Shown here: positions 26,036 through 37,594 of the stretch, in pieces | How positions within the stretch are numbered: position 1 is the first letter of the stretch | Layout: the number at the start of each line of letters is the position of its first letter | Assembly (NCBI RefSeq): GCF_018977255.1 | Contig: NW_024704743.1 | Span: 75,084,001-75,148,000, forward strand | Source: Callorhinchus milii | Taxonomy: Eukaryota | Length of the DNA: 64,000 nt | Reading direction: 5' to 3' | The notes under the pieces: generated by a model | The model's database searches: none | The model's input: the letters and a program-made list of their open reading frames with translations, nothing else | Told to the model about the DNA's origin: nothing | Translations under genes and position numbers: made by a program

Positions 26036-26549
26036 ATTCACAGTCAATGGGATGTCAGATAGCTTCTGGCTATTTTGATGCACTCTGTTTCAAAGCATCC
26101 CTTGACTGCCTGACCGCCTGTCTCTTTGGGAAATGTTAGTTATGGAGGGAAATGGCACTGAGGCAGAGCTGGAGTTTCATTAGCTGAAGGACCTTGAGGC
26201 TAAAGAAAAAAATTCGGTCTTCCCAAAGTGGAGTTATGGTTATGTTAGGAAATGGAACAATTCCTCTCCAGTGTCAGAGTCAGTATCAAGCTTTTCAGCT
26301 CAGTTACAGTACTTGGGCTTCCAGTTTGAGCTCGTTCAACTCTGACAATAGGAGGAAGAAACATTCAGATGGTGTAACTGATGAAAACCTCACCTGGGAC
26401 ATAAACTGTGGGGAACACAATACATCATGGCAGGTTGCGAAACTTTCACTCCAACCCAAGATCTTCTCGGAGCCAAGGACTTACAAATCTACTTGATGTA
26501 CAATGGCTTCTCTGCAGAAAATGAAGGAAATGGTACGAATGTTTTTTCC

Positions 26550-26730
26550 CTACTAACACTAGGGCAGGGTAATCCGAGTGGACAAGCAGCGAGAAAGCCT
26601 GCCAGGCAGTACCTAACTTACACTCTGGGATTCCCAAGCCTTGGATCTCGCATCTAATACACTCCAGAATTAGATAAGCAAGATGAGAGAGTGGGTATTC
26701 CATTCCAATTGCGGGAATCTCCTTTGGGTT
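26550..26730 (+). repeat. Unclassified repeat family X, fragment
   Basis: acactctgggattcccaagccttgg...gaattagataagcaagatg...gagagtg matches 30990-31100, 50520-50625 and 63735-63845. Confidence 0.7.
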
Positions 26731-27693
26731 GGTGGATGTGTTGAAAGCTCTGTTGTTCAGGGTCTGGCACCAGCTGCTCTGTACAGCCTTGAGTTGAGTG
26801 AGACTCTGGGTCTAACTCACACAGGCAAATAAATACTGTATAACCAAAACTGGGAATCAGTATTCATAATGATGTGATTAGTATAAGATAGTATAGGTTT
26901 CATGAGTTACAGACATGATGTTGGGACACCTGACACAGCAGCAAAGCATGTCTGGAAGGTTTCTCTCTGTGATAAGAAGTGCCCGCAGTTGCCTTCACCT
27001 GAGTCCCTAGAGTGCTGTTCAATTGGGGCAAGACACCAGCTGTGTATGGGCATAACAAAACCTTCACAATCTTTACACCATATGTCTTTCTGGTCCATAA
27101 AACAGACTCTGACCAGTGGTTCTTGCTAATTACAGTTTCTGACACGCACTTAACAATCAGGGGAGCAGAAAGCCCTTTGGTACAAATTACAGACTAGAAA
27201 CCTTCTGAAATGGAGACAGCCAGAAAAGCTCATTTTCAGGGGTGGGCCTGATTTATTGCATTTCTTATTAAGATTGCTTCACGACAATACTTCAAAGAGA
27301 ATGAGATAAATATTTGCAGAGGAAAAACTAGAAAAGAAAATAGGGAAAGAACATGGAATCTGCAATGGGGATAGTTAGTACCAGTAGTCAAGTTGGCAGC
27401 TGACAATGTCTGTAACACGTGTGATAAGGACTCTGATCCTTATCTATAGGGTCTCTTTCGTAACTGTAAGTATGTTTCACTGGATAATGGGAACAGAACT
27501 CTGATATCTATTTCCAGAGCTGTGTTCCCGAGGGGAGACAGGCATTATAATGGGATTCCTCACCAGTCCAGGCTGGAAGTCTGATCTGCAATCGGAGATT
27601 AAAGCTGATGTTTCAGAGTTGTGACAAGATAGGACAGACTCACAACCACTGTGCTGACTTCCTACCTTCCAGGAAAACTGGATAGTTAAGTAC

Positions 27694-28294
27694 AATTTCA
27701 AGTAAAGACATAGGGACAGATGACAGATTGCACCAAGGATCACTATTATTGCTCTACTGCTGGGGATATGGAGAGACGCCATCTGTACAATGCAAGTGGC
27801 CAAAGGCTGGCAGAGTAATGCTGGCATCTTTCAGGGATCAGGAGAAATTTCACGGAAATGTTTACATTGGCTTGTAGATATTCACATACTTCAGGAGATT
27901 AAGTAAGGGATTGGCGGTGTATAGTGTAGACATCAATAGTGTTAATGGGACAAACTTTCCATACTTTCAGACGTTGGAGTTGTATACAGAAAAGGGGAAG
28001 GAGCATTCACTGCATAGTATTTCAGATTGTTTTTTACCTCTCTTTGTGAGCAAACCCATTCATTTTGGAACAAGGTGCGTTCTTACCCTTGTAAAATACT
28101 TATGGCGTTGATAGCAATCACCACTGTTAGCAGTGAACCAATATATATGGTGATTTGTATACAATGATTACTTGTGTATGCTGACCACTAATAAACAGTG
28201 ACTCTCTCTCCATATCCCCAGCAGGAGAGCAATAATAGTGGTCTTTGGTGCAATTTGTCATCTGTCATCTGTCCCTATGTCTTTACTTCAAATT
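27694..28294. repeat. Inverted repeat: arms 27694-27776 and 28205-28294
   Basis: Arms are reverse complements with few mismatches and one 7-bp duplication. Confidence 0.95.
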
Positions 28295-28462
28295 CAAGTC
28301 TTCACTTGTACAGTTGTATATGCTGACCACTTGTATACAGTGACCACTGTATTCTCTACTATCTGCATACACTGACCACTTGTATATGCTGATCATAAAT
28401 TGTTGGTCACTGTATAAAAGTGGTCAGCATATACAATATTCTCTGTGTTCGCTGACCACTGT
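28150..28462. repeat. Degenerate minisatellite, motif tgtatatgctgaccact, in both orientations
   Basis: tgaccact recurs about 5 times, reverse-oriented units at about 28400-28436. Confidence 0.8.
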
Positions 28463-29528
28463 GCAGGCCTTCTCACCCTGATTGTGCAATCAGGAAATAA
28501 ATACACAGTCCTCATCGCTGTTCTCATACTGCTATCCAGCGCTTCCCAACGTGAAAGGCCCTATACTAATGTAATTTGTTATTGATGTTGGTGGTATCTG
28601 CATGCCTTCCACAAAAGTCATTACTGGGCACTGAACAAGAAGATAAGAATTCACTTACAAAGTACACAGTCTCTACACTTTTCAATAAATCCCACAAAGT
28701 GCTTTGATTCGTCTCCACGACACCGCTTTACTAAATGTAAAGAGTGTTATTCACTACCCCAGGAAAGCTGCCAGTTTTGCCTCGTTGATGCTCCTCCTGC
28801 TGGTGTTGGGTTCAAGGACTTTCCTCACACCCCACTGGGCTCTCTGACTAACCCTCTCTGAAGAGATGAAGGGAGAATCCACCAGAAACAGCAACCGCTG
28901 AGTGTTTGCCTTCGCACTAACGTCCTAGAGAGAATTTGATCACTTTTCCAAAAATTCCTCAGACTTCAGCAGAACAGAGCGAGAGAGCAATTCTGACATC
29001 CACGGATGAGTGCTTCTGACATGTTCATGTGAAACTAACCTCAAATCCTCTGTACTGATTGATTGTGGGGTGTGGGGGGGAGATGGTCCTGGACCTAGCC
29101 AAAGGCCCTTCATTCTTGACCTCATCAAGAGATATCCTCCTGACATGAAAATGCTAGATAAAGGTAAATTGTATTGTATTCTGTATTTTTAAGAAGATTG
29201 AGCCAAATTAATGTGATGAAGAAATTAATTTTTAAGCTAAGTGCCTTGCCATCTGCAACCAGGGCCAGGAAATTGTAGCATATCACTTTTAAGAAGTAAA
29301 AGGCAAATAAACAGTCAATGAGACAGGAAGTACAAAAGGACATTGGGAATGGAACAAATGGGTGTGGTTATGGTTAGTGGATTGGAGTGCTCTGAGTTAC
29401 TAATAATGAAATATGTTTGTGAATTATGTGCCACGGTTTTGACACCCCATCTTAACTGCATACAAAGCACACTCTCTAGAATCATAGATATTTAGTCTTT
29501 TATCGGCTTTACATTTAGCTCATCAAGC

Positions 29529-29580
29529 GTGCACCACAGCAAAGTAAGAGAGTGCACCACAGCAAAGTAAGAGCGTGCAC
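29529..29580. repeat. 23-bp tandem repeat, about 2.3 copies
   Basis: gtgcaccacagcaaagtaagaga at 29529 and 29552, partial copy at 29575. Confidence 0.95.
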
Positions 29581-30380
29581 TACTCTGCCTCTCCCACTTA
29601 ACTTGGTAGGACGTTCCACATCCCAACAGCTTTGTGAATTTTTCCCTTCTAAACTCGCTCTTCTTGTGACTATCTTACATCCTGTCTAAGATTCACTATT
29701 ATCTAGCATTTCACTTCCTTCTGAATGAAGATCACTGACTTTGAGGATCATAAGACATTGACAGATATGTTTGGAATCTTTGAGACAAAGCTTTAGTTCT
29801 TCGCCTCCACAAAACGATCCTATTTGTGCATTGTAAGATTGGCCAATTGCCCTGGAGGCAATTGTCTTTTGCTCTCTGTAGATCGTTGCTGGGTTAACTG
29901 TGCTATAAGAGCCATGTGAGTGATCCCCACTAAATACTTCAGTTCCAGGCGCTGTGAAATCTGCCCTGTTTGCACTGTTCGACAGATAGACCGTTGGACC
30001 CTGCCTGACCTCTGGGGACAGTCTATGCAAATGTGATTTGGGAAACACATAACGTATGGGTGGGCTGAAAGCTCAATTATGCCCATTGCAGAAAACCATG
30101 GAAACGGGCGGAAGGACCTGTGGGGATAGGGAGAGTTTCCCCCTCCCCCCAAGTGATACTCTTTAGTAGGAAGGACTGTTGATGGTGGCTATGCTGCATG
30201 GTAAATGCAGCCTCCCCTCCCCTTGTAAGCTGCCACAAAAATAACAGAACAGCAACACAGGAAAATAATCCTTAATAATAACTGTCCTTGGATTAGATAT
30301 AGCATCTTATCACTCAGGCAAAACGCCTCAAAGTGCTTCATGAGGTTTTATTGAACTGCCTCGAAGGTGACATACATGGC

Positions 30381-30694
30381 AATAATAATAATCCTTGCAT
30401 TTGATATAGCGCTTTTCATGTCTTCTAGGCGTCTCAAAGTGCTTCACAGAATATGCTGCAAAATGAATTGATTGTATATTTGTGGGCGAAACACGGCAGC
30501 CAATTGCGCACAGCAGTGTCCCACAAACAGTCGTGGATTGAAAATGACCAATTTATTATTGTTTTTTGTTTTGGAGGGATTATTATTAGGCGTGTGCAGT
30601 AAGGAAACTTGCCCAAGGTTTTGCCCTGTCTGGAATTGAACCCAGGTGTCTCGCTTGCAAGACGAGTGCTCTAACCACCGAGCTGCAGGACTCC
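30381..30694 (-). mobile_element. Full-length SINE family A (short form)
   Basis: tRNA-like head, shared 3' half, (ATT)n tail. Confidence 0.92.
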
Positions 30695-31190
30695 ATGAAT
30701 GTCAGAATAGGGCCAACCCTTTGTGGCTGTCTCAGTAGTCAGGTTCTTGAGGCAGGTGGGTCCGCAGTATTCCAGGGCACTGCTGATGACAGCACAGCCA
30801 GCCTGGCTTATCGGCAGGACTTAGAGTACAGGAGAATGAACCCTTGTCACTGAGGGCAGGGATTCTTCCCACGTAGCTCCTGTTAACACGACAAGCCAAA
30901 GCCCTAATGGGTAGAGTTATCCTATGAAAATTGATAGACAATGCTTTCAATGGCAAGCTATGTGGTTTTAAGTGGTTAAACACCAGCAGTATCCCAACAC
31001 ACACTCTGGGGCCCCAAGCTTAGGCTCTTGAAATCCTACACCTAATACTCTCCGAAGTTAGGTAAGCAGGATGAATGCCTCTGGGGCGAGAGTGCCCATT
31101 TCACACCAAACCTAGGAATTTCCATGTATAGGTGGGATGTGTGGAAATCATGGTTTGGTTTGGATATTATTAAATATGGTAACAGCTTTC
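30695..31190 (+). repeat. Unclassified repeat family X, longest fragment
   Basis: 5' part matches 34617-34810; 3' part matches 50478-50690 and 63685-63925. Confidence 0.8.
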
Positions 31191-31262
31191 TGCAGTGTAT
31201 TTGCAAAAAAATGTACTTCTAAGTGAATTCAACAGCCTATTTGCACACGGCTAGGTCTCAGA

Positions 31263-31660
31263 AATAATAATAATCCTTGCATTTGGTATAGTGCCTTATC
31301 ACGTTCTTGAGACGTCTCAAAGCACTTCACAGAATATACTGTAAAGTGAATCAACTGTATATTTTTGTGGGTGAAACGCTGCAGCTAATTGCGCACAGCA
31401 GTGTCCCATAAACAGTTGTGGATTGAGTGACCAATTTATTATTACTTTTTTTTGAAAGAATTAAACCCCCGAAAAAGCGATCTGCCAATTGACTAACAAC
31501 CGGGTTCCTACTTACTGCTAGATAAACAGAAGCGTTGGATTACTGAACACATCGCCCTGGCAAGGAAACTTACCTAACGTTTTGTCCTGGAGAGAATTGA
31601 ACCCAGGTCTCTCGCTTGCATGGTGAGCGATCTCTCCCCAGACTGAGCTACAGGACTCTA
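31263..31660 (-). mobile_element. SINE family A, long form, near full length
   Basis: Head, extra internal segment at about 31465-31535, shared 3' half, tail. Confidence 0.88.
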
Positions 31661-32112
31661 CGCCATGAAGTGAATGAACAATTATATCTAGGGAATTGAA
31701 CACCTTTGAATCGGTTACTGCTGAATCCCATCAACATCAAATTGCACTTGTATAGGGCCTTTCACCTAGGAGAACATCTCAAAATGCTTTACAGAGATGC
31801 AGCGGGAGCTCAAGCAGGATCAGAGATGGGGAGAGGCATGCCACAGATGAAGAGGGATTTGAAAATAATAATAATAATCCTTGCATTTGATTCAGTGCTT
31901 TTCAGGTCAGAGGATGTCTCACAATGCTTCATAGGATATACTGTAATATGTGGGTGAATGTGACACCCAATTTGCGCACAACATTCTCCCACAAACAGCT
32001 ATGAAGTGAGTGACCAATTTTTATCTGGCAGATTGTTTGACAGGACACCAAGAGAAACCTCCTTCTCTTTTTGAAAAGTGCCATAGGGATTGTTAATGTC
32101 AACCTGAACAAG

Positions 32113-32320
32113 ATCACAAGATTGGTTTGGATGAAGAAGGCCTTTCAGCCCATCCAATCTCATCCCTCCAGAATACACACCCCATCACTGCATCAAGCTG
32201 CTTTTTGAATGAATCTCCTGTCCTCTACCAGCTTTCCTGCCAACCTTCATTGATTACCCTCTGCATGAAGAAAAACTTCCTGGTATCTGTCCTGAAATTT
32301 CCCTTTAAAACTCTAAACAA
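32113..32320 (-). mobile_element. Old CR1 3' end with tcttgtga-type tail
   Basis: Matches copies at about 2930-3020 (+), 33900-34095 (+), 38618-38690 (-) and 50295-50450 (-); minus strand reads KGNFRTDTRKFFFMQRVIN. Confidence 0.75.
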
Positions 32321-32429
32321 CAAGAAGTGATCAGAACACTGTACAGCCTGAGAATGACATCTGGGGATGTAACACGATTGCAGTCAGTCTCACAACCCTT
32401 GTGCAGTGAACTAATAGGATAGGCCAAAT

Positions 32430-33180
32430 TTGGAAGCACAATGAAACTGGTTCAATAAGGCGTTTTGGAATTGTTCCACCAAATAAATTACCCTGTTAAG
32501 TCCAGGATGCAGATAAAAATGTGGCAAAGTTGCCCTGATTGACGTGACACTGTGTTGGGCAGTGTGGAGAGATAATTGAGTATTTGGATCTGAGCAGGAC
32601 TTGTTCAGCACACTGCTGTGGAGCTATCTAAATTAATATCCCGCTTGATCAGCTTTGTCCCGCTGAACTGAATTAATTTTTTGGAAAAGCTTCTGCAAAC
32701 ACTTTGTAATTATTTACCGGAATCCGAGCATCAATCTTCATCTCCTGCTCTTTTAATTAGCCGTGTTATAATGGAAACTGTCGGGCAATATTCCTGGGTA
32801 AGAGATGAGAGGAGACAGCTCTGTAATCATATCTCGCAGCAACCGAGAAACTCCCATTGCATTTTCCACAGATGCTGGACAGTTAGCTGGCCGGACAGAT
32901 TACATGCAGACAGTGAAAGCCTAATGGCCAGAAAAGGGAGGTCTCTCTGCATCTTTTAATACCCTTTGAGGCAGTCTGAGATGGTTCCTGATTATAAATG
33001 TCAGCCCTTCATAAAACCCTCACAGTGGCATTATTAACTCCCTTCAATATAGCAAAATGGTTTTCCTGTAATCTGTGTGGAACTTTTATTAAACATCCCT
33101 TTGTTTGATTTAAATTTGTTTTGATGTATTTTCTGCTCATTAATGTACGGTATAACAACAATGAGGGACCAGACGGAAAC
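32430..33180. promoter_or_regulatory. Candidate conserved non-coding element / enhancer
   Basis: About 750 bp free of repeats, dense TAAT/ATTA, TGATTGAC at 32536, CATAAAA near 33010, retained CpGs. Confidence 0.5.
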
Positions 33181-34544
33181 ATTTCCCAATTGTTTCCAGC
33201 ATACAGTGCTTTAAGCGCTTTGGGTCATCCTCCCAACGTGAAAGGAGGTTAAAAAATTGTATATTGTATTTTGTATTATATTGTACAGCCCGCAGGAATT
33301 AGATGGAGCATAATCTTTCAACTGATCCTTCATTTGATATAGTGCCTTATCACGTCTTTGAGATGTCTCAAAGCGCTTCACAGAATTTACTATGGAATGG
33401 AGTGTATTTGTAGGCAAACCCGGCAGCCAAATTGTACGATGACTTGAGTGATTGGGTGTTGATTGACTCGGTTTTCTTTGCATTTCAGAGCATCAAAATG
33501 TTGTCAAATTGTTTAATACAGCCTTCATTTTTAAACTGCTTTTTCTAAAAGTAGTTTCGAGAAAGACAGAAAAGAGGCTTCAAATTAAACCTGACTTTTG
33601 CAATTTGCCAAATTCTGCAAGCTCAACATGCTATTTAAATCGAATAAATGTATCCCCAGTGAAATTTCTACCCCAAGTAGAATGATGTACCGACCGACAA
33701 TATAAGGTAGTCAATTACCACTGATAAGGTTCTGACAGACAGACTGTAAACAATGTCCCATATTAAACCAAATCTGGCAGAGACATACCTGGCAACTGCA
33801 GACCTACTAGCTTGACCTTAATAACCAGTAAAGTATTGGAATCAATCATTAGAAGGAAATTCATTATGTGTGTGAAAATATAATCACTGCAAAAGATAGA
33901 CAGGTTGCAAAGGGCAATTTAAAGGCAGAGTGTAATCTCCAACTGGAGTGACTTACCAGGAAGGTTAGTTGAGGCCAGAATGAGGATTCATTAAAGAAAC
34001 AGTTTGATGCTGGAATGGGAAGATAGTAGGGTGAGTATTCTGGAAGAATAAGATCAAATGGTTCATAGGGCCTTCTTCAACCCTCTTTGTGATAAAATTA
34101 TAATCCTTGCACTTGATACACTGCCTTTCAAGTCTGGAAAATGTCTCGAAGTTCTTTGCTTCGGTAGATTTACTGTAAAGTGTAGTGACTGTGTATTTTA
34201 TAGGTGAATGCAGGAGATCTCTTTGATATCAATGTATTGTTGCACTTTTCTATTTACAGCTTTGCTTAGACTGTAAACAACATCAATGATGGACTTTTCA
34301 GCTGCAAAATGATTATGTACAATCAATTACTTCCCAGCTGAAGCTTTTAGTGCCTTAGAGTCTTTACCATTAAATGCACCATTTGATGTTATTGGGGAAT
34401 TTAGAATGAGCTGCTGCAGAGGGAGGGAATCAATAAAAAGAGCCATAAACTGAAAATTTTACTTCAAACCTGATTAATTAAATAGATTCAGCAATAACTT
34501 TAACACGTTATACTTCCCAATATTACATGTAATGAGCAACTAGT

Positions 34545-34810
34545 GACTATTCTCCTTGGGCAGGGGTAGGGAGATAAGCAGGATCTCCTTGGAGTTGAAC
34601 TAAAAGATTTGGCAACCGAATGTCAGAATCGAGCCAGCCCTCTGTGGCGGTCTCGGTAGTCCAGTTACTGAGCCAACCGGGTCCACAGCACTCCAGGATA
34701 TTGCTGATGAAGGCACAGCTAGCCTGGGTCAACAGCAGGACCTGGAAGGGGTGACCATTCACTGGGGGAAGAGAATCCTCCCACACAGCTCCTGATAACC
34801 CTGCAAGCTA
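34545..34810 (+). repeat. Unclassified repeat family X, 5' part
   Basis: gaatgtcagaat...tgtggcggtctcggtagtc...tgctgatga...cacagctagcctgg...cccacacagctcctg aligns with 30697-30898. Confidence 0.78.
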
Positions 34811-35431
34811 AAAATTTTTAATTGAAGAATTTTCCACATTTCTTAGACTGCTGGAAGGTTGAAGGAAACTCACCATGCTCCACCGGCTCTCTATATCGTA
34901 AAGAATTAACCTTGACCTTTGTCCTTATCTCACGGCCTTGTCCCAATGTATCTCTGTAATCCCTGTAATCCTATTGCCCCACCCAGCCCCTCTGCTCCAC
35001 TGACGTGGACCTCCAAACAATGCACTTTCAGCCATTCTTCTTTGTGATATATGCTTATAAGTGCAAGCTGTTGACGTAAGAGAAAACAGCAGGCAATTTG
35101 CACACAGCATCATTCTCTCTGACGAGTAGCCTAAGAAAACTAGATGGATACTGACTGGGAGACTTTCTTCCTGGAGAATTCCAAAAACCTTGCAGCAGTG
35201 AAATGACAAATGTCACATTGCAGAATATGCATGTATATTATTTCACATTTTTGTGAAGTATTGAAGAGGGGAAGCTGTCACAATCTAACTTCACCCTGCA
35301 GGACATGTGTCTTCTTAATATGTGAGTTACCGGGGCTTCTTACAAGAGATAGATTTACAAGACGTGCCCTTGTACACAATCTCTCTATTGGCTGCAGCAT
35401 GTTCGAGTTTCCTTAGTATCTCATTATTAGG

Positions 35432-35772
35432 GTGTCAGTCTAGCTCAGTTGGTAGCACTCTCACCTCCAAGGCAAAAGGTTGTGAGTTCAAGCCCCATGT
35501 TAGAATTTTAAACACATAGTCTATGCTGCAATTCCAATGCAATCCTAGGTGAACGCTGTATTATCAGAGGTGCTGTTCTTCGGATGAGATGTTAAACTGA
35601 GAACCCTTTTCAGGTGGATGTTAAAGATCCCATGGCACTATTTGGGAGGTCCTCCCAATGTGAAAGGTGCTATATAAATGTAAATGTACAGTCAATTCAC
35701 TTTACAGTATATTATGTGAAGCGCTTTGAGACTTAACAACGTAATAAGGAGCTGTATAAAATGCAAGGATTT
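35432..35772 (+). mobile_element. SINE family B with an internal L2-tail piece
   Basis: A box tagctcagttgg, B box gagttcaagcc, Deu core ttcaggtggatgttaaagatcccatggcacta. Confidence 0.88.
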
Positions 35773-35916
35773 TGAAGTACTATGAAGAATATTGTGAAAT
35801 CCTGAGATGTCTCAAAGATGTGATAAACCACTATATCAAATACAAGCATTATTATATAATAATGATAATCCTTGTATTGATATAGCGCCTTGTCACGTCT
35901 TTGAGACGTCTCAAAG

Positions 35917-36243
35917 GAGTGGAGTCCTGTAGCTCAGTGGTTAGAGCACTCGCTTTGCAAGCGAGAGACCTGAGTTCAATTCCAGGCAGGGCGAAACCTT
36001 GGGCAAGTTTCCTTACTCCACACACCTAATAATAATCCCTCCAAAAAAACAACACAATAATAAATTGGTCATTTTCAATCTACGACTGTTTGTGGGACAT
36101 TGCTGTGCGCAATTGGCTGCCGCGTTCACCCACAAATATACAGTCAATTCACTTTACAGTGTGTTCTGTGAAGCGCTTTGGGATGTCCTCCCGACGTGAA
36201 AAGCGCTATATCAAATGCAAGGATTATTATTATTATTATTATT
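35917..36243 (+). mobile_element. Full-length young SINE family A with tRNA-Ala(UGC)-like head, nested in an opposite-strand SINE
   Basis: GGAGTCCTGTAGCTCAGTGGTTAGAGCACTCGCTTTGCAAGCGAG...GAGTTCAATTCC; anticodon stem CTCGC/GCGAG around TTTGCAA; long (ATT)n tail; aaag on both flanks. Confidence 0.93.
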
Positions 36244-36374
36244 AAAGCACTTCACAGAATATACTGTAAAGTGAATTGATGATATTTTGTGGGCAAAATG
36301 TTATTATCTACCTTTACCCAATATGAGTTCCTAATAATTCTGAAGGATTTAAGAGAGCAACTAAGTTCAGAAGA

Positions 36375-36715
36375 CTCAAGGGTGTTTATGAGAGATGGGG
36401 AGGAAGGAAATAGTGGAGGGCCTGATAGCAGGAAGGGGTTTTAGGGGGTGAGGGAGATAAAAAAATAGTCTGATAATGATGTCAGAGATGGAGATCTCAG
36501 AGATGCACTGGCCTCGAGGGATGACCAGGTCAAGAAGGTGGCTGTGGATGTGGGGTGTTGATGTGGAGGGCGAGTTTGAGGGAGGAGGGTGTGTGGGGGG
36601 GAGGGGGGAGATAGAAGTCGGTGGAGATGGGACAGACAGGGGTAAAGTAGAGGTTAAAACACCCAAGATGAGGTGGTGCTTGGAGCAGGAACTGAGAGTA
36701 TGGGCGAGAGGACGC
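36375..36715 (-). mobile_element. L2 endonuclease-domain relic
   Basis: HLILGV...HSHLLDLVIPRG...ISISD resembles APE motifs GDFN, GHTLDLV and SDH. Confidence 0.7.
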
Positions 36716-37594
36716 TGGTGAGGAAATTTCAGCAAGAAATGGCAGTTAAATGACCGAAAAGTGCTTTCATGTTGTTTCATGCCAGCCTTGAATCCGCTGA
36801 TGTATGTACGTCACGGATTCATTCCCTAGGAAACTGCAGCATGTCTCACAGCTCTGGCTGTGACTCTTACTGGGGCTTGTTCATTCAGACGTTGGACTAA
36901 GTGATTTAGGCACTCTGCTCAGTAGGCACTTATGCAGACAGTTCAGAGAAAGAAAGCTATTTGCTCAGTAAGACATACTAATCACATTGCTGGGTAACAT
37001 CTGGGTGACCAAAGAAAGTTTTTGTCCCAGGCAAATGCTAATGACTTGTTTGACTAATGGTCTCATTACAGCAGCTCTGTATCAGTAATGCACAGTTGGA
37101 GACTGGTGACGTTTAAGAAGCAACATCCTCGAATTTTCAAAATGCCAACATGTCATGTAGCTTTAAAACGGTACACACGCAGGTGTAGGACACAATGGCA
37201 TTCAGAAACAAGTGCCTGTTAACACACCTGCAACTACGAGTCCAGAGAAGCAAGAGACAATGGTGAAAAGATACTGTCAGCTCCTCACTATCTCTGACAT
37301 TGATTGACTTCTGATCCACTTGCATTGCGAATAACTCTCTTACTCTTCTAGGTCAGAGATGTAATTAAATAAAGCAACCTCATTCCTAACACACAGCCTT
37401 GCTACAATGGCCCGCCCTCTCCATACTTGTAACTATAAATCTACAGCTTGTAGAGATTTTTCAGAAAAATCACAGAAAAATTCAATATGAACTATAAAGA
37501 GTAATTTACTCTGATTAATTGCTTTGTCTCAATGCTGTGATAAGTCACTATATCAAATGCAAGGAACTTTTTATTATATTATTATTATCTCATA

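Noticed and set aside
26194..27830. Cluster of 60-116 aa ORFs on both strands
   Set aside because: Lengths expected by chance; no domains or consistent exon structure
28150..28462. CRISPR-like array
   Set aside because: Irregular degenerate units, mixed orientation, no cas genes, vertebrate-type context
29686..30048. Minus ORF with LSNSANRADFTAPGTEVFS, spaced like the subtilisin FS..G..VD..APG..I.S motif
   Set aside because: The catalytic GTSMA that should follow is absent and no other S8 motifs or supporting exons are seen; probably chance. A Pfam Peptidase_S8 HMM search would settle it
34868..34910. Minus-strand mini exon ending ATG/GTGAGT
   Set aside because: Weak acceptor, no promoter context and no partner exons
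35921..35994. tRNA-Ala gene
   Set aside because: Acceptor stem does not pair, no T-run terminator follows, and it continues into a SINE body present in many copies
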